64,000 bases of DNA from Octopus vulgaris (lineage: Eukaryota): the NCBI GenBank assembly GCA_951406725.2, contig OX597829.1, positions 54,622,001 to 54,686,000 on the forward strand. Direction: 5' to 3'. A program made the translations under genes and the position numbers. Position 1 is the stretch's first letter. Each line of letters starts with the position of its first letter. A model generated the notes under the pieces. The model made no database searches. It was not told the DNA's origin and worked only from the letters and a program-made list of their open reading frames with translations. Shown in pieces: positions 1-12,399 of the stretch.

Positions 1-186
1 ATCCAGTCCCTCAAGAATTTTGCACTTGGAGAAAGTAGGTGACACCTTGAAAACTGATCAATTGGGTGGGGGTGGGGGGTGAGTGTAATATATATTTATA
101 TATATATATATACACACACATACAAGAAGAAAAAGAAAATGGAGATTGGGAAGTTAATTGTTTAACAGCAAATTTATCATCAACCC

Positions 187-266
187 TTACAGCTGTTTCA
201 GTTAGTAATCAGTAAATATTAACTCAATATTAAAATTATATGGCCTGAGCATAATATCTTCAGAGG
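187..266 (-). ncRNA. Degenerate hammerhead-ribozyme-like motif (Penelope-type) with long stem II insert
   Basis: Minus strand reads CTGAAGA (257-263) ... GAAA CAGCTG TA (199-188); palindromic stem III; stem II poorly paired. Confidence 0.45.
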
Positions 267-321
267 AAAAAAATATACCCTTTGGTGTTTTATATGTGCT
301 TATGGATTTATTATATGAGAC

Positions 322-323
322 TG

Positions 324-410
<87 letters not shown>

Positions 411-428
411 GTATATATATATATATAT
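322..428. repeat. (TA)n microsatellite
   Basis: Direct reading. Confidence 0.95.
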
Positions 429-531
429 GAAGAGGCCGTAAGATATTCTTGTTAATGTCTCATTTATACCTGTATTATATGGCTAATAGGTTAAATGAGA
501 CATACCTGTCTTCATGGCCGAAACAGCTGTC
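428..531 (+). ncRNA. Hammerhead-like motif with extended stem II
   Basis: (C lost)TGAAGA GGCC ... internal hairpin GTCTCATTTA/TAAATGAGAC ... GGCC GAAA CAGCTG TC (GUC site at 529-531). Confidence 0.55.
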
Positions 532-745
532 AGCTACAATGTAAATGTATTTTTATGTCTTGTTATATTTATTTAGTTATATTTCACCATATTGATTGTA
601 ATTATTGTACTGTATTTATGTATTTATGTATAATATCATTGCTATTGTGTAGTAGTTTAATAGAGTATATGATTCGGTACTATCTGACAGTTGATGATTG
701 ATTTAGATATATTTCTCCATTTTCTCATTTTGTATATATATATAT

Positions 746-791
<46 letters not shown>

Positions 792-825
792 ACCTCCAGT
801 ATGTTGACCTTGTGAAGACCACTTG

Positions 826-998
826 CATTTTTTTCCCTCTGTCCTCCCACCTCGGGATCTTTCTTTCTATGTTTCCGAAGAAGAGCTCCACTCGAAACGT
901 CATACCCTCCTTCTTCCCTTTTTTCCTGAGCGCCTAATAATACTTTAATTGTTCCACATCCTCGCATTGTTGTCTTTTTTGTTTTCTTGTTTGGATTA

Positions 999-1002
<4 letters not shown>
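826..1002 (+). mobile_element. Penelope-like terminal fragment carrying a minimal hammerhead-like motif; paralogue of 40235-40412
   Basis: CCGAAGA A GAGC tcc ACTC GAAA CG TC at 875-901; flanks align with 40235-40412. Confidence 0.55.
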
Positions 1003-1057
<55 letters not shown>

Positions 1058-1244
1058 GCACACACAGACACATCTAACAATTTAATGCCTAAATCTGTAA
1101 AATAATATTGAAGAATATACTCATTCCTTTTCTCTTTTCTTTTTCTTTTCTGTTTTCTTTTTTTTTTTTTTTGTTTTTGCTTATGAAAGCTGTGAAAAAA
1201 ACTCGGTTTGCATAAAGCAAAAAACAAAATGAACACAAAAATCA

Positions 1245-1400
1245 GTGAATTAGCAGAATTGTTAGAACATCAGACCAAATGTCTTATGGCATTTGATCAT
1301 GACCCTTCATGTTCTGAGATCAAATCCAGCTGAAATTAACTTTACCCTTCATTCCTCTCAACTTGATAAATAAAACGAAGTAGCAGTAAAACTCTGAAGT
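1245..1400 (+). mobile_element. SINE family B, decayed copy
   Basis: Similar to 5939-6151 and 33395-33628 (gttctgag..caaat..actttaccctttcat). Confidence 0.6.
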
Positions 1401-1759
1401 CATTTCATATTCTTATTAAATATAATCAGTGTTAAATGGAATTAGAACAGAAAGTTGGTCACAGTAAAATTTCACTTGAGATTGGACACTACTATGGCAA
1501 TTTTTAGATGCCAAATCCTCAGATTCCTATTTCTGTTTTAGCTGTCAGCGGAGTTTTGTTTTACAATTAGCACAGAACTTTGCATAAATGTCAGAAGAAA
1601 CAAAAGTGAGCAGTGTTTGGTTTTTTAATCCTTTTTTTTTTATTTCAAATACATTAATGTCAGAAATTAAGTTAATGTTAAAACTGAGAACAGTTTATGA
1701 ATATAATGGAATCTAATTTGCTGGGCTATTGAAACAAACAGCATGCCAGATGAGGCTTG

Positions 1760-2253
1760 ATAAGAACTTTTTTACTTCCCAACCATATGCGGTTCCAGGT
1801 TCTGTCCCGCTGCATGGCATTTTGGGCAAGTCTGTCTTCTACTACAGCTTTGAACTGACCAAAGCCTTGTCAGTGGATTTGGTAAGGGGAAGCTGAAAGA
1901 AGAGTGTCACATATGTGTGCGAGTGTGTGTGTGTGAGTGTGCGTGTGTGAGCATGTGTGTGTATGGTGTGTGTGTTTGTGTGTAGTGTGTATGTGTGTGT
2001 GGTGTGTATGTGTGTGTTAGTTATTCTTTTAATTTCTTTTACTTGTTTCAATCATTTGACTGTGTCCATGCCAGGGCATTACCTTGAATGGGTTTGGTTG
2101 AACAAACTGACCACAGGACTCATATTTTAAGCCTAATACTTATTCTAACAGATTCTTTTGCCAAACTGGTAAGTTACAAGGATGTAAACACACCAACACT
2201 GATTGTCAAGTGGTGATGAGGGGAGAAACACATACACACAGAGAAACACATAC

Positions 2254-2314
<61 letters not shown>

Positions 2315-3315
2315 ATTAGAGATAAAACCACTATTATGCAACTCAGTGATAGACATAAACCAAAACATAAATAACAAATAAAATATATTTTTATAAAACA
2401 TATGACTAGATCACAAAAAGTATAAAAATGAATAATCAGTATATAATAAGTAAAAAAAACTACGTACATTTCATGGCTATAATTAAATTCGAATTGCAGA
2501 CACATGCACACAGCACACACACATGGGTGTGTATGATTGTTTATAGAAGAATATATTACTCAAAGGAAATCCAACTTTGTTTTTCGCATTTTATTTACAA
2601 TCTTATAATAATAATAATATAAGATAATATAACATAATGAAATGATAGAATATCAAATGTCCATTGTGATTGAACTAGTACTTTCGTGCATTAAACTATG
2701 CAATCTTCAGGTTCATGTAGTAGTGGTGACAGTTATGTTTTACAATTTACAACAATCAGAATGGACATTTGATATTCTATCATTTCATTATATTATATTT
2801 TATCTTATATTATATTATTATAAGATTGTAAATAAAACGTGAAAAATCAAAGTTGGAATTTCTTTGGGCAATATATATATATATATATGTATGTATACGA
2901 TGGGATTCTTCCAGTTTCCATCTCCCATATCTACTTATAAGGCTTTTGTCTGCCCTAGGCTATAGTAGAAGACACTTGCCCTAAGTGCCATGCAGTGTGA
3001 CTGAACCTGGAACCATCTGGTTGGGAAGCAAGCTTCTTAACACAAAGCCATACCTATATGTATATATATATATACATATACATATATGTGTGTGTGTGTG
3101 TCTATGTTTGTGTGTCTCTGTGCTTGTCCCTCCAACATCACTTGACAACAGATGCTGGTGTGTTTATGTCCCCCGTAACTTAGCAGTTTGGCAAAAGAGA
3201 CTGATAGAATAAGTACTAGGTTTACAAAGTATAAGTCCTGGAGTCGATTTGCTCAACTAAATGTGGTGCTCCAGCATGGCCACAGTCAAAATGACTGAAA
3301 CAAGTCAAAGAAAAA
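1760..3315. mobile_element. Cluster of tRNA-derived SINE family A fragments (1760-1912 + head, 2027-2240 - tail, 2895-3052 - head, 3100-3315 + tail) with TG/TA microsatellites
   Basis: Match to full copies at 44287-44715 and 58434-58830. Confidence 0.8.
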
Positions 3316-3589
3316 TGTTTGATATAGATAAAAAAAATGTCTGTTACCCTTGATTAGATATCAGTAATATCCATGTCATTTGGTTCTTTGCTGAATATTA
3401 CACAAGGTTGTTTATCAGGAATAAGAATGAAGAATGTTAGTGCCATTGGTTGAGAAATTAATGTAATTAATTAAAAACTACTCCAGTGCAATGTACATTT
3501 CCAGGAATGAGACACCTGAAGATCAAACTGATCGAAACATACTGTGGGTGTAAATATTCCTTTTTACTATAGCCAAAAGGGCTGAAATT

Positions 3590-3885
3590 TTATGATGAGT
3601 GGCTAGTTGATTACATTGACCCCATTGGGCTACTGGTATTTATTTTATCGACCCTGAAAGGATGAAAGGTAAAGTTGACTTCAGCAAATTTTGAACTCAG
3701 AACATGAAGACAGATAAAATGCTGACAAGCATTTTGCCTACTCTGCTAATGATTCTGCCAGCTCACTGCCTTTATAGGTGTAAATGTTGGTTTCAAATTT
3801 TTGCACAAGGCCAGCAATTTCCTAGGAGGGGCTAAGTTTATTAGATTGACCCCAGTACCCAACTGGTACTTATTTTATTGACCCT
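3590..3885 (-). mobile_element. SINE family B copies
   Basis: Reverse complement of ggcagtgagctggcagaatc...gttctgagttcaaa family. Confidence 0.75.
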
Positions 3886-4219
3886 TTATTTTACTGACAC
3901 AAATGAAGATAATCACAGATTATCACAGGCAACCATGAGACTTTGATACAGAAGCAGCCAGGTATCTTTACAAGCCTCACATGACATTTCAATTATATGT
4001 AACGTCAAAGAAGACAGGAATTTGTTTTGCTTATAACATTCCAGTAACAAACCAATATCAGTTGATACAGGTGAAAACTTCTCTCCTTGTATCCTTTCTA
4101 ACATGTCTCAGCAAGTAATTAACATAATGTCTGCCTTTATGTTTGAACTCATTTCTGAACACAATACAGCTCAGCATCTCTATATTTGTGTGGATGAGTT
4201 GATTTTTGAAAATTTAGGG

Positions 4220-5050
4220 AGGTGCAAGTGTAGCTGTGAGGTAAGAAGCCTGCTTCCCAACAACATGGTTTTTGGTTTGGTCCCACTGTGTGGCACCTTG
4301 GGTAAGTATCTGTTACTATGGCCTTAGGCTGATCAAAGTTTTGTCAATGGATTTCGTAGATGGAAACTGAAAGAACCAAGACATGTTAAGTATATATGTA
4401 TGTATCTATGCATATGTATGTATGTATGTATGTGTGTATGTATTTTATGCATGTGTGTGTGCGTATGTAAGTATGCATGCATGCATGTATGTATATATGT
4501 ATGAATGTAGGTGTGTGAATGTATGTCTGTATGTATGTTATGTATATGTATGCTTGTATGTATGCATGTATTTATGTATGTATTTATGTATGTATGTATA
4601 TATTTATGTATGCATGTATGTATTTATGTATGTATGTATTTATGTATGTATGTATGTATGTATTTATGTATGTATTTATGTATGTATGTATTTATGTATG
4701 TATGTATTTATGTATGTATGTATTTATGTATGTATGTATTTATGTATGTATGTATTTATGTATGTATGTATTTATGTATGTATGTATTTATGTATGTATG
4801 AATGTATTTATGTATGTATTTATGTATGTATGTATTTATGTATGTATGCATGTATTTATGTATGTATGTATATATGTATTTATATATTAATGCATGTATT
4901 TATGTATATGTTTATGTATGTATGTATGCATGTATGTATGTGTCTTTGTATTCATTTGTATTACATTTGTCCCCTACCCCTGCTTAACAACCAGTGTTGG
5001 TTTGTTTATATCCAAATAACTTGGTAGTTTAGGAAACAGAGAGATAAGTT
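4220..5050 (+). mobile_element. SINE family A with internal (TATG/TATTTATG)n expansion (4390-4960)
   Basis: Head 4220-4380, tail 4965-5050, microsatellite at the position of the SINE's internal repeat. Confidence 0.75.
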
Positions 5051-5101
5051 ATATTAAATCTCTGAGTGAGAGATAAATAGAAACAGTATGAAGTCATAAA
5101 T

Positions 5102-5525
5102 TATATTTTCCAACTAAATGTGGCAGTCCTATAGAGGATGGTGTTACTGTCGTTTTTAGCCCAGGAAGACAATTCCTACTGTTACTCTGTTTATCTCTCA
5201 CTCAAAGATTTAATATAACTTACCTCTCTCTTTTACGAGATCAGCGACAGTATGTTGCTAGAGAAAGGATACTGTATTTTGCAAGTGGAATGAGTTCTTC
5301 ACCATTAGCCATTGATTAGCACACACTGAAGATGGATAACTACCCAGAAACCTGGGTCTGTATGTATTACGTAAGACTAGAGGTGGGAGCGATGATCTCC
5401 CTCACAAATACTAATCAGATACAAACTGTATATCATTGGCCAGCTGGAGGAGATGTCTTCCTGGGGCTAACAACAACAGTAGCACTGTCCTCTTTTGGAC
5501 AACCATATTTAGTTGGCAAATATAT
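5102..5525. mobile_element. ~420 bp element bounded by ~70 bp imperfect inverted repeats (5102-5171 / 5454-5525)
   Basis: ccaactaaatgtgg..tagcccaggaagaca versus tgtcttcctggggcta..ccatatttagttgg. Confidence 0.8.
5321..5363 (+). ncRNA. Near-intact minimal type I hammerhead ribozyme motif
   Basis: ACA CTGAAGA TGGATA ac TACCCA GAAA CCTGGG TC TGT: stem I ACA/TGT, stem II 5/6 bp, near-palindromic stem III, GUC site. Confidence 0.7.
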
Positions 5526-5656
5526 TTTATGAGTTTAGGAAACATAACCAATAAGCACCAGACATAATGAAAAAGTATTGGGATTGATTTATTTGACTAA
5601 AAGCTTTCAGGGTGGTGCTCCAGCATGGCCACTGTCCTACAATTGAACCAAGTAAA

Positions 5657-6272
5657 AGGAGTGGCTGTGTGGTAAGTAGCTTCCTTCCCAACCACATGGT
5701 TTTGGGTTCAGTCCTGCTGTGTAGCTCCTTGGGCAAGTGTCTTTTACTATAGCCTCAGGCCAACTAAAGTCTTGTGAGTGGATTAGGTAGACGGAAACTG
5801 AAAGAAGCCCTTCGTATATATATATATGTATGTATTTGTGTGTCTGTGTTTGTCCTACTAACATTGCTTGACAACTGATGCTGGCATGATTACATCTCTG
5901 TAACTTAGTGGTTTGGCAAACGAGACCAATAGAATAAGGCAGAGAATTGGCAGAAACGTTAGCATGCTGGACAAAATGCTTAGCAGTATTTCGTCTGTCT
6001 TTACGTTCTCAGTTCAAATTCCACCAAGGTCAACTTTGCCTTTTATCCTTTTGGGGTCAATAAATTAAGTATCAGTTGCATACTGAGGTCGATCTAATCG
6101 ACTGGCCTTCTCCCCAAAATTTCGGACCTTGTGCCTAGAGTAGAAAAAAAGATAGAATAAGTACTAGGCTTATAAAGAATAAGTCCTGGGGTCAATTTGT
6201 TCAACTAAAGGTGGTGCTCCAGCATGGCTGCAATGAAAAGACTGAAACAAATAAAAGAATATAAGAATAAAA
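5657..6272 (+). mobile_element. SINE A with nested SINE B (5939-6151)
   Basis: A box TGGCTGTGTGG and B box GGTTCAGTCC; ATAGAATAAG duplicated at 5929-5938 and 6152-6161. Confidence 0.85.
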
Positions 6273-6499
6273 GATTATAGTATTTTTGAAGGATTTGTAA
6301 TCCCATGAATAATTTCTTTTCAATTGATTATTCCCTCTTCTCTTAATTACACTAATAGTTCATTGTCCAAAGGAAATATGATAAAATAGATAAATAGAAT
6401 TGGAAAGTATTTTAGTAATACAATATGGTTAGTGGTTTCTTGGCCATAGTCGGATACAGAGCAATTTGCTTTGCTTCAAAATGTCCTTTAGATCTTTAT

Positions 6500-6835
6500 C
6501 ATCATCGTTTAACATCTGCTTCCATGGGTTGGATGGTTTGATTGAGGTCTAGAAAGCTAGATGGCTGCACCAGGCTCCAATCTGATCTGGCAATGTTTCT
6601 GCAGCTAGATGCCCTTCGTAATGCCAACCACTCTAAGAGTGTAGTAGGTGCTATTTACATGCCACCGGCACAGGAGCCAGTCAGGCAGGCCTGGCATCAA
6701 TCACGTTCGGATAGTGCTTTTTATGTGTCACTGGCACAGGGGCCAGTCAGAGAGTACCGACATTGGCCACATTTGGATGGTGCTTTTTATGTGTCACCGG
6801 CACATTGGGGAGCCAATCAGGCGGGCCTGGCATTG
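6500..6835 (-). mobile_element. RTE-type LINE 3' UTR fragment (family C) with VNTR units
   Basis: (CAT)n tail, ggatgcccttc..gccaaccact, gtgccaccggcac repeats. Confidence 0.8.
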
Positions 6836-6851
6836 TTCACTCAGTCTTTGT

Positions 6852-7083
6852 AACATTTATGATACCAACCTAACTGTGGCCACCCTTTCTGGTTCTAAGC
6901 TACAAGCTCATTGTTTGAAATTGATCCTAATTAAAACCTTCTTCCATCAAAATTTAATGTTAATTTGTGTTCCAATCACCAGCTTAATTGCAACAAGGTT
7001 ATTTCACCAAACTGTTTGTTATTTTAAAAATTAATTAAAACAAGACAGGTGTATTGAGAAATATGGTAACAAAAAGGAGTTAA
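6852..7083. mobile_element. piggyBac-type MITE remnant
   Basis: taacatttatgatacc ... ggtaacaaaaaggagTTAA decayed TIR/TTAA ends. Confidence 0.45.
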
Positions 7084-7194
7084 TAAACTTTATTCTTTCG
7101 TCCTTTTCTATCTGAGCTTTGCACAGTCAGTTTTGCAGTTACAATAATTTTGAGAAGATAAAATATACTCTAGGTATACTGATACAAACATTAA

Positions 7195-7202
7195 CTGCTG
7201 CT

Positions 7203-7233
<31 letters not shown>

Positions 7234-7274
7234 ATGACGATGATGACGATGATGATGATGATGAAGAAGATGAC

Positions 7275-7338
<64 letters not shown>

Positions 7339-7439
7339 GATGATGATGATGATGATGATGATGATGACGATGATGGTGATGGTGATGATGATGATGATGA
7401 TGGTGATGGTGATGATGATGATGATGATGATAATGATGG

Positions 7440-7472
<33 letters not shown>

Positions 7473-7970
7473 CGACGACGATGATGATGGGGATGAGGAC
7501 AATGATGATGACGATGATGATGTTAGTAATGATGTTGCTGATGGTGGCGGTGGTTGTGGTGGTGGTGGTTGTGGTGATAATGCCACCACCAACACGAGTG
7601 GCACTGACAATGATGATGGTGGCCATAAAAACATCAGCAGCAATGATGTGATGAGGTAACGGTGGTGATGATGATGTCGACTATGATGATGATGATTGTG
7701 ATGTCGATGACGACAACGACGACGGCGATGATGACGACGGCGATGGTGACGACGGCGATGGTGACGATGACGATCTCGATGGCAAGGGAGGTAACAACAA
7801 TGATGACAATGACAAACAACGAATGGGGATACTGCCCCCGATGATGATGACAATGATAATGATGGCAATGCTGATGGTTATGAGGATGATGAGGACAACA
7901 GTGATGATGATAATGACTTGAGGAGGAGGAGGGAGGAGAGGGAAGAGGAGGAGGAGGAGGAGGAGGGGGG
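7195..7970. repeat. Compound trinucleotide repeat (GCT/GAT/GAC/GGT/GAG)n
   Basis: Direct reading; source of poly-D/M/H/S pseudo-ORFs. Confidence 0.95.
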
Positions 7971-8274
7971 AAGGTAAGCATAACCTCCCCCATAAATCTT
8001 AAAAGATCCTATTGGCCCAATGTTTAATTTCTGAGGAAAAGGGATACCTTTACGTAACTTTCTCACACTGTCTGTTATCTAAATACCCCTCGATAAACTG
8101 AGGCCTGTAGAATACAGCTGTCTTGCCTTTGAGATGCAATGAAACCTTTGGCACATTGTCTAACACCTTATCCACCCTATAAATGAAGGAAAGTGCTATC
8201 CAATGATGATGATGATGATAAGGTCAATGGAAGTGGTGATAATATGATAGCTATAGACTGGAGATGAGCAGTGG

Positions 8275-8490
8275 ATATTGTTTTCAAATTTTGGCACAAG
8301 GCCAGCAAATTAGTGGGTAAATCAATTACATCGACTCCCAGTGTTTCACTGACCCTTATTTTCTCAACCCTGAAAGAATGAAAAGCAAGATCAATCCTGG
8401 CAGAATTTGAACTCAGATTGTAAAGATGGACCAAATGTTGCATAGCATTTTGACCACCATGCTAACGATTCTGCCAGCTTGCCGCCTTAT
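8275..8490 (-). mobile_element. SINE family B copy
   Basis: gaatttgaactcag...ctaacgattctgccagcttgccgcc. Confidence 0.75.
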
Positions 8491-8930
8491 GAGCAGAGGA
8501 TATTGGCAAAATAATCAACAGTTCAACTGAATGCTAAATACACACACACATATAAAAATATATATTGTCTGAGTTCAAATCCTGCTACGTGTTAACCTTG
8601 CATTTCATACTCATGGGGTTGATAACATGAGCACCAGTAATATACATTGATTGATTTTGTCAGTTATGCCACAGCTTAATTCAAATTATTTGGTCTTGTG
8701 CCAACACAAAAGAAATCAATAACGGAGAGTAAAGATAAAAGTCGGGGGTGGGGGAAGGAAACATCCTGGCAAACATACAAGATTAAGGGAATTCTAACAC
8801 TTGTTGAAAATATTTTCATCAATAACAACGTTGTCGATGTACCATCACCGCCACCACCACCACTGCCACCATCATCGTCATCATTATTGTCGCCATCATC
8901 ATTATTATTGTTGTCGTCGTCATCGTCAAT

Positions 8931-8962
<32 letters not shown>

Positions 8963-9419
8963 TTTAACATCTGTTCTTTAATGTTTTCACCACAATAAAC
9001 AGGTTGGCATTTGGCCCCATGCCATATACGTGAGTTATAGGTGATGAGAAGTTCCACAGCAACAACAGGTAGGTACCATTTTATGGTAATCAGAGCATTT
9101 GTAATCATATTAATTGGATACAGTCTCTGATAATGACCTAATTCAATATAGTTCTTACATATCAATAAACATCAGATATTAACTAATACACCTTATTTCT
9201 TTGTTATTTTGTCTTTTGGTTCATTTATTGGAATTTTGTACTTTAAGCCAGAAGAATATGAAACAAGGAAATCGAGAGGAATTTTTCAGAGATTACTTTT
9301 GTGAAAATACTCGTTAATAAAAATCGTTTGTGTTTTTCCTTTGACCAAACGCATACGTACACAAACACACACACATACATATGTGTGTGTGGATCAGTTT
9401 ACATTACACATACCCATAC

Positions 9420-9755
9420 ATAGGTGTGAATGTATGTGCAAGTGTGTGTGAGTGCATGTATGTGCATGTGTGTGTGTATATATATGTATGTACATACGTA
9501 CGTGTGTATGTATGTATGTGTGTATGTATGTATGTATGCATGTATGTATGTATGTATGTATGTATGTATGTATGTATGTATGTATGTGTGTATGTATGTA
9601 TGTATGTATGTATGTATGTGTGCAAGTGTGTGTGAGTGCATGTATGTGTGTATGTATATGTGTGTGTGTGTGTGTAAGTGTTTGTGAGTGTATGTATGTG
9701 TGTGTGTGCATATATATGTATGGTTGTGCAAGTGTGTGCATGTGTCTGTGAGTTT
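9420..9755. repeat. (TATG/TG)n microsatellite
   Basis: Direct reading. Confidence 0.9.
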
Positions 9756-10049
9756 GTGAGGGTAGGTAAGAGAGACCAGATCTGGCTGCTTTGAACATAA
9801 AACAAAGAATATTTTTGGCTGGATCTGGCTTCTAAAGGGTTAACCTGAAAAATCACAAACTTAATTTTGTCTGTAAACCTTCTCTAAGATTCATTTGCTG
9901 CTTGAAGTTTGATATTTTTTAGGATTAGAAAAACAGTAATTCTGAATATCATTGTTGTTACACTCAAACACAAAATTTCCTGCTGCTTCATTTCTGAGGT
10001 AACTGATTGGTTTCTAAGTCTAAAAAGGTGCATGTTAACTCTTCACTAT

Positions 10050-10440
10050 TAGGCATAAGCATGACAGTATGGCAAGAAACTTGCTTCCCAACCACATGGT
10101 TTTAGTTTCAGTCCCACTGTGTGTCACCTTGGCTAGGAGTCCTCTACTATAGCCCCATGCCAACCAAAGCCTTGTGAGTTGATTTAGTTGAAAGAAACTG
10201 TGTGAATACTAGTAGCATATATCTATTTGTCTGTGTTTGTGTTTGTTCCTTACCTCTGCATGACAACAGATCCTGGTTTGTTTGTATCCCCATAATTTAG
10301 CAGTTTGGCAAGAAAAATAAAACAAAAAAAAACTCCAGCAGAATAAGTACTGGGCTAAAAAAAAGGGATTAAAACCCTTCAAGACAGTGCTCCAGCATGG
10401 CCATAGTCCAATGACCAAAACAAATAAAGACAAAAGATAA
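10050..10440 (+). mobile_element. SINE family A copy
   Basis: Head and tail match family A. Confidence 0.8.
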
Positions 10441-10444
10441 AGCT

Positions 10445-11030
10445 AGTTACTATTCTTCCACTTCCCCAGTCCATCCGAATGAAGCGCTTTTTTGTCACTA
10501 TAAAGAATACTAACCTATCTCAACAAGACGTAGATATTTTATTAGCAACTAGAATAACTGTTATCAAATTTGATAAGATTTGGACCCATAAGGACAGGGA
10601 AAATAATTTCGATATAACCATGGGGTCATGTGACTCTGAATCTTATGGGTATATACATATCACATCACATTAAAGAAGAATTTCAGAACATGGTAGGCAG
10701 TCTGTGTTGGTGAGATGCATTATTCACTGTAAGGTAATGGAGTAAAGTTAGCTATGGGAGGAATAAAAAAAAGATTTATAAGATTTTTTCAAAAAAATAG
10801 ATTTGTCTTCTACTTTTGATAATAATTGCAAGATAGTTATCTCATTGACATTACTCTAGAACTTTATACCAGTCTCTTTAGATTATATCATAAACCTTAA
10901 AATATGTGAATCACCTTTCTAATCACCTCAGAGCTGTTGTGATGTATGTAATTAATGAGATCTTTTCCTGTATCTCTATGCTTTCAGCTAATGAAGTTAT
11001 TTTCAAACAAAACTGACCCTCCTTATAATT
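10445..11030 (+). mobile_element. Penelope-like element reverse transcriptase remnant (frameshifted)
   Basis: SYYSSTSP..ALF..NTNLSQQDVDILL..WTHKD..FDITMGSCDS..YHKP..YVNHLSNH..ISMLSANE resembles PLE RT (FDVTMGSxDGAE, YxKPN, SNHP). Confidence 0.7.
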
Positions 11031-11049
11031 TTGAGGTTTGTTATTATTC

Positions 11050-11960
11050 TTTCAAATTTTGGGCTTTTTTTTTTTGTTGATTTTCTTAGGAGTGTACTTA
11101 ATTGTTATTAACTCTTTAGAGGAGAGATGTTTTGAAGCTTGTTACAGACACACTGAACTTGTTCTTCATGTATCAGGAAGTCTCTTTTACTGTCAGCAAC
11201 TTAGGGCCCAAAGTATGTGAAGTTACTGATCTGTTTTGAGATGTGGATTATTGTTTCAAAAGATTGGTATGTGACTTTCAGCCTGATTAATGGTCACATT
11301 CTTAGTCAATTTTCTTTGCTTTGAGGAACTGACTTTGGCTACAGTACTCCCTAAGGATGTTAGTAAGTCTTCCATATCCCACAGCTGATGATATGTATGG
11401 ATAAGATCATTGCTAAAGTTAAGGTTAGGTATAGTTTCTACTAACTTCTTGATCACTTCTACTTGATTGTAAAACATCATGGATGATTTCAAAACTTTGC
11501 TTAAGAATGTAGTCCATTGTAATAGCAAGATAAAAGACTTTGGGTATGTACCTGAATGATTCTTGCTCTTACTAGAAACTATTGTGTTGGGCTGTTTATG
11601 TTTTGCACAAAGTTTGATGCTTTTGGGGATTTTTTTTTTTTTTTTGCATATGATGGTGATAGCTTTGACAATTTCATCTGGCCTACCATAGTGCAACAAT
11701 ATATGTAACATGGTATTTTCTATTGACACTATGCCTTGGAGAAATTCACAGATACAATTGATGCTTTTCACTTGAAGATTCCGAGGTCTTCTATGATTCT
11801 TCTAAGAACAAGGATTTATAGAAGTGTTGATCTACCTTTGTGGAAGCCAGTTTGGTTCCATCATATGATGCAACCAATATGACAGTAAATTCTATAAAGG
11901 AGCATAGAATTGTAGATTTTTGAGGCAAGAGATGAGGGTGTTATTCCCCAGTAATTCTGA
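11050..11960 (-). mobile_element. RTE-type LINE reverse transcriptase remnant
   Basis: NYWGI..SKIYN, QTGFHKGRSTL..ILVLRRIIE, ILLHYGRPDEIVKAI, LNFSNDL (decayed FADD), YLGP. Confidence 0.75.
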
Positions 11961-12072
11961 AATAAATGTGTGTGTGTGTACGTGTGTTCAATTATAATTT
12001 TCAAACTGTTAACTTCATCTTCAGAAATTAATTTTTTATTTTCTGTATTTTAATATTTACATCTGCCCTAAA

Positions 12073-12275
12073 GCGGTGAGCTGGCAGATTTGTTAGCACA
12101 CTCAACAAAATGCTTAGTGGCATTTCGTCTGTCTCTATGTCCTGAGTTCAAATGCCTTCAGGGTTGACTTTGCCTCTCATCTTTTCAGGATCAATGAAAT
12201 AAGTCCCAGACGACCAATATAATCAACTTACCTGCCTCACCTGAAACTGCTGGCTTTGTGCCAAAATTTGAAACT
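12073..12275 (+). mobile_element. SINE family B copy
   Basis: gcggtgagctggcagatttgttagc...ctgagttcaaat. Confidence 0.8.
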
Positions 12276-12399
12276 AACATTTACATCTAACCTATGTTTT
12301 TTACATCAATCCTTATTAGTTGTCTTATGCAGAGAGACAGACAGACAGACAGAATTCAAATAAGGAAGCTATATTTCTAAACCAATGATCAAAAAAATA

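Noticed and set aside
1-45. Minus-strand exon start (VSPTFSKCKILEGLD)
   Set aside because: Atypical AAG acceptor, truncated by the window edge, no homology recognised
3512-3552. Hammerhead-like ACAC CTGAAGA TCAAACTGATC GAAA CATACTGTG
   Set aside because: Stem II overlaps the core and the cleavage triplet would be GUG; too degenerate to call
7108-7993. Long poly-Asp/His/Ser/Met ORFs
   Set aside because: Translations of trinucleotide repeats, open in many frames on both strands
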